A stretch of 62,062 bases of DNA, the filler included, from Babesia bigemina (lineage: Eukaryota), in assembly GCF_000981445.1 (NCBI RefSeq). It is 10 parts of 10 records of this genome, joined end to end, with 100 filler letters (N's around TTAATTAATTAA, not from the genome) between each part and the next. Parts side by side here need not be neighbours in the genome. Positions count along the whole stretch, not along the records: positions 52,539 to 59,808 come from NW_012237005.1; positions 59,909 to 62,062 come from NW_012237014.1; 8 more parts are not named here. One strand, written 5' to 3'. Below the pieces are notes generated by a model. That model was not told the origin of the DNA and ran no database searches. It saw nothing but the letters and a program-made list of their open reading frames with translations. Made by a program: the position numbers and the translations under genes. Shown piece by piece: positions 58,784 to 62,062 of this stretch (position 1 is its first letter; each line of letters starts with the position of its first letter).

Positions 58784-59805
58784 TTGAATGACATCCAGTC
58801 CAAGTTGCAGCAGGTTAAAAAGCTTGGAGAGAGTCTTAAAGGATTGACTGAAGAAAACAGTTGTAAAAATCTCTTAGAGAATTTATGTTCCGGCCTCGAA
58901 ACTTTCCTCGGCTTCAACTCTGACTCCAAAGGCTACGACGGCAGTGGTATTGTGTACTCCGACCTGGACAGGCTGTGTGATGCAGTGATGGGATTTTTGT
59001 ATCAGGTGCTTAAGGATGTCAGCGAGAAACAGCCTTACAGTGTGGGTAAAACAACGTTAATTAGTGCGACTAAAGAGATTAGAAAAGAAATTTGGAATGG
59101 TCATGAAGCTTTAAAAGGTGTATCCAAAAGGTCACCGGTAAAGTGTCGGCATACAATATGAGTGTTATGAATTGCAATGATAGTTTGAAAAATCTAATCG
59201 AGAAGTTGATAGATTACTCAAAAACCGACGGATCGTTGATGAAAGGCGTTAAAAGCATTGATGCTGATAAAGTGACTGGGACGTCTGGGAACGACGCACA
59301 GGTGTACCAGACTGAAAAGTTGCTGCTAAATTGCATTACATACATAAAAAAATTCAACAGCGATATAGATACAAACAAGCCACAAAACAAAAAAATTAGA
59401 GAGGCACTCAACGATCTTAATTACAAGCTGCGTGACAAAATAGACACTGCTCGTAATGTTATAAAATATGAGACTGAGCGTTTGACCAAGTTGTCGGCAA
59501 AGGAGTCTGACGATTTGGGAACAATGAAAGAATTAATATCGACAAAACTTGAAAACGTCAAAAGCTGCGTGAATGATAATATAGATAAAGATGTAAAATT
59601 GTTGGCGGACAGATTAAAGGAGGCGGTTAAAATAATTTTGGTTTTGCTTGAAAAAATTGATACGAATTTGACTAAGTATGTTGGCGAATTGGAAGCATGT
59701 ATCAATAGTGCGGACAGTATGATTAACAGTGCAATGGAAGGGATGCAGAAGATGGAAAGAAAAGAGATTGGCAGATCGCAACTAACGAATTTACACGTCG
59801 ACTGA
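58784..59805 (+). pseudogene. ves1: ves-like gene 5' part with a frameshift near 59120-59143; ends at the contig edge
   Basis: RRALNDIQSKL...NLCSGLETFLGFN..YQVLKDVSEKQPY in one frame, continuing as VTGKVSAYNM... in another. May be a sequencing error. Confidence 0.7.
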
Positions 59806-59967
59806 CGTNNNNNNNNNNNNNNNNNNNNNNNNNNNNNNNNNNNNNNNNNNNNTTAATTAATTAANNNNNNNNNNNNNNNNNNNNNNNNNNNNNNNNNNNN
59901 NNNNNNNNGCAAATTCAGCTTTGAAACCGAATTTCCCTGGGGGGTTTTTGCATCAAATCATTTCGAT

Positions 59968-60609
59968 GTGCGTGTGGTGTTTTTAAGGATATTCCCGGCC
60001 ATTATTTGTCGGGGTTGTTTTCATATCGGAGACGTTTTGGGATTGCTCAAACAGTTGTATGAACAGTGCTGCCGTAACTGCAATAAAGTAGGGTCACGAT
60101 GTCATGACAGAAGTTGTGTCAATGATTGTCAAGTAAACAAATATTATGCTTCTCCGAAACCCGAATACATCGATAACATTAGGCATGAATATGCTTGCGG
60201 TTCCATTATTAATTGCCGCGCTACCCATGCAGCTATATATGCATTGGGGTTCACTTTTGGTAGCCCACATGAACTGAGCGGTGAAAAAGAGAGGAAAACA
60301 AAACGCACGTGCCAAGATCTCTGCACCGCGCTGAAACACATATGCTCCGACGGTTCTGTGCTCGCACGACTTGTCCATGAATATATTCCCAAATTCCTGT
60401 GGGAAATCAGGGAGAAATTCTTCTGGACCACTGTCGCACTCTGGCTCCTCTCTCTCTTGTACCTCATCCACATCATGGTCATCCGCCTCGATCTCCTCCA
60501 CATCAAATCGCATTTGCACTCACCATCATCGCATCGCATCGCTGCTCAATCACTACTTGCCGCGGCACGTGTTAACAAGCTTAACAGGGTGTTTTATCTA
60601 CAACCATAA
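59968..60609 (+). CDS. ves1: ves-like gene 3' end, tail class A (5' truncated, low-quality start)
   Basis: LYEQCCRNC...KRTCQDLC, TM, ...ARVNKLNRVFYLQP. Confidence 0.85.
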   Translation: MRVVFLRIFPAIICRGCFHIGDVLGLLKQLYEQCCRNCNKVGSRCHDRSCVNDCQVNKYYASPKPEYIDNIRHEYACGSIINCRATHAAIYALGFTFGSPHELSGEKERKTKRTCQDLCTALKHICSDGSVLARLVHEYIPKFLWEIREKFFWTTVALWLLSLLYLIHIMVIRLDLLHIKSHLHSPSSHRIAAQSLLAAARVNKLNRVFYLQP

Positions 60610-60732
60610 TCGTACTCACGTGTTTACTGTCTACACTCACCTAGCATCACCTACTCAACTAACTTATGAATTGTTGTTTAATCTGTTGTATTACTCATCA
60701 ATCGTTGTATGTGATTATGTAGTAATTAACTG

Positions 60733-61955
60733 ATGTGCTGATCAAGATGCTGACCAAAGTGGTGACCAATGTACTGACCAAGGTGGTGACCAATGCCATG
60801 ACCAACGTGGTGACCAAGATGCTGACCAAAGTGGTGACCAATGTACTGACCAAGGTGGTGACCAATGCCATGACCAACGTGGTGACCAAGATGCTGACCA
60901 ATGTGTTGACCAACGTGTTGACCAATCTGCTGACCAAGGTGCTGACCAAGGTGCTGACCAACGTGTTGACCAAGGTGCTGCCCAAAGTGTTGACCAATCA
61001 CCTGACCAAAGTGCTGACCAATGTGCTGACATGGTCACGGCAGCGATGACATGGTTACGGCAGCGATGACATGGTTACGGCAGCGATGACAGTCACGGCA
61101 GCGATGACATGGTTACGGCAGCGATGACATGGTCACGGCAGCGATGACATGGTCTCGGCAGCGATGACATGGTCACGGCAGCGATGACATGGTCACGGCA
61201 GCGATGACATGGTCACGGCAGCGATGACATGGTCACGGCAGCGATGACATGGTCTCGGCAGCGATGACATGGTCACGGCAGCGATGACATGGTCACGGCA
61301 GCGATGACATGGTCACGGCAGCGATGACATGGTTACGGCAGCGATGACATGGTGACCAAAGTGGTGATTATTATCCACTCTACATCGCCCCTTAATCCAC
61401 TCTACATCGCCCCCTAACCCACTCTACATCGCCCCTTTACCCACTCTACATCGCCCCTTTATCCACTCTACATCGCCCCTTAACCCACTCTACATCGCTC
61501 CCTAACCCACTCCACATCGCCCCTTTATCCACTCTACATCGCCCCTTATCCACTCTACATCGCCCCTTAACCTTCTCTAATCGCTCCCTTATCCACTCTA
61601 CATCGCCCCTTTCACCACTCTACATCGCCCCTTTCACCACTCTACATCGCCCCTTCATCCACCCTACATCGCCCCTTAACTCACTCCACATCGCCCCTTA
61701 ACGTCCTCTAATCGCCCCTTAATCCACTCTACATCGCTCCCTAACCCACTCTACATCGCCCCTAAACCCACTCTACATCGCCCCTTAATCCACTCTACAT
61801 CGCCCTTTTACCCACTCTACATCGCTCCTTTACCCACTCTACATCGCCCCTTAATCCACTCTACATCGCTCCCTAACCCACTCTACATCGCTCCTTATCC
61901 ACTCTACATCGCCCCTTTACCCACTCTACATCGCCCCTTTATCCACTCTACATCT
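60733..61955 (+). repeat. Complete intergenic repeat stack: 12-bp (60733-61030), 20-bp (61027-61352), junction, 22-bp (61373-61955)
   Basis: Same order as 57678-58550. Confidence 0.95.
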
Positions 61956-61982
61956 CTCGAATTACCTCGTCTTATTACCGCT

Positions 61983-62062
61983 ATGACCTCTTTAGACCAC
62001 ATAATAACTTGTGCTTGGTCACCCTTCACTGCCCTTCTGACTGAGTCCATCGACTGGTTGAT
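61983..62062 (+). CDS. ves1: Start of next ves-like gene (MTSLDHIITCAWSPFTALLTESIDWL...), runs off window
   Basis: Leader followed by ESIDWL, the ves N-terminal motif also seen as EGIDWL at ~4350-4370. Confidence 0.6.
   Translation, partial: MTSLDHIITCAWSPFTALLTESIDWL

Overview
Eukaryotic apicomplexan DNA, most likely Babesia (B. ovata/B. bigemina-like, inferred from the protein families). The window is ten contigs joined by nine artificial 100-bp linkers (N44-TTAATTAATTAA-N44), so order and orientation across linkers are not biological. Contig 1 (1-4992) holds two degenerate genes: a probable 6-Cys-like surface-protein pseudogene and a short ves-related pseudogene. The rest is an archive of about 12 large ves-like (variant erythrocyte surface antigen) genes or fragments with coiled-coil N-halves, Cys-rich C-halves, one C-terminal TM helix and a conserved ...YLQP tail. 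Wherever two genes share a contig they lie head-to-tail in a fixed cassette: gene end > conserved 3' motif > (24-bp repeat) > 12-bp repeat > 20-bp repeat > fixed junction > 22-bp repeat with telomere-like CCCTAA > ~57-bp conserved leader > next gene. Seven of the eight visible 5' ends have no ATG-initiated frame running into the conserved N-terminal block, although the bodies stay open for up to ~1750 codons and are mosaics of each other. This suggests a silent, repeat-flanked donor-cassette system for antigenic variation (inference). A second, apparently decayed gene type sits behind some cassettes: signal peptide, 75-bp intron/mini-exon repeats, a Cys-rich domain and two alternative TM tails.
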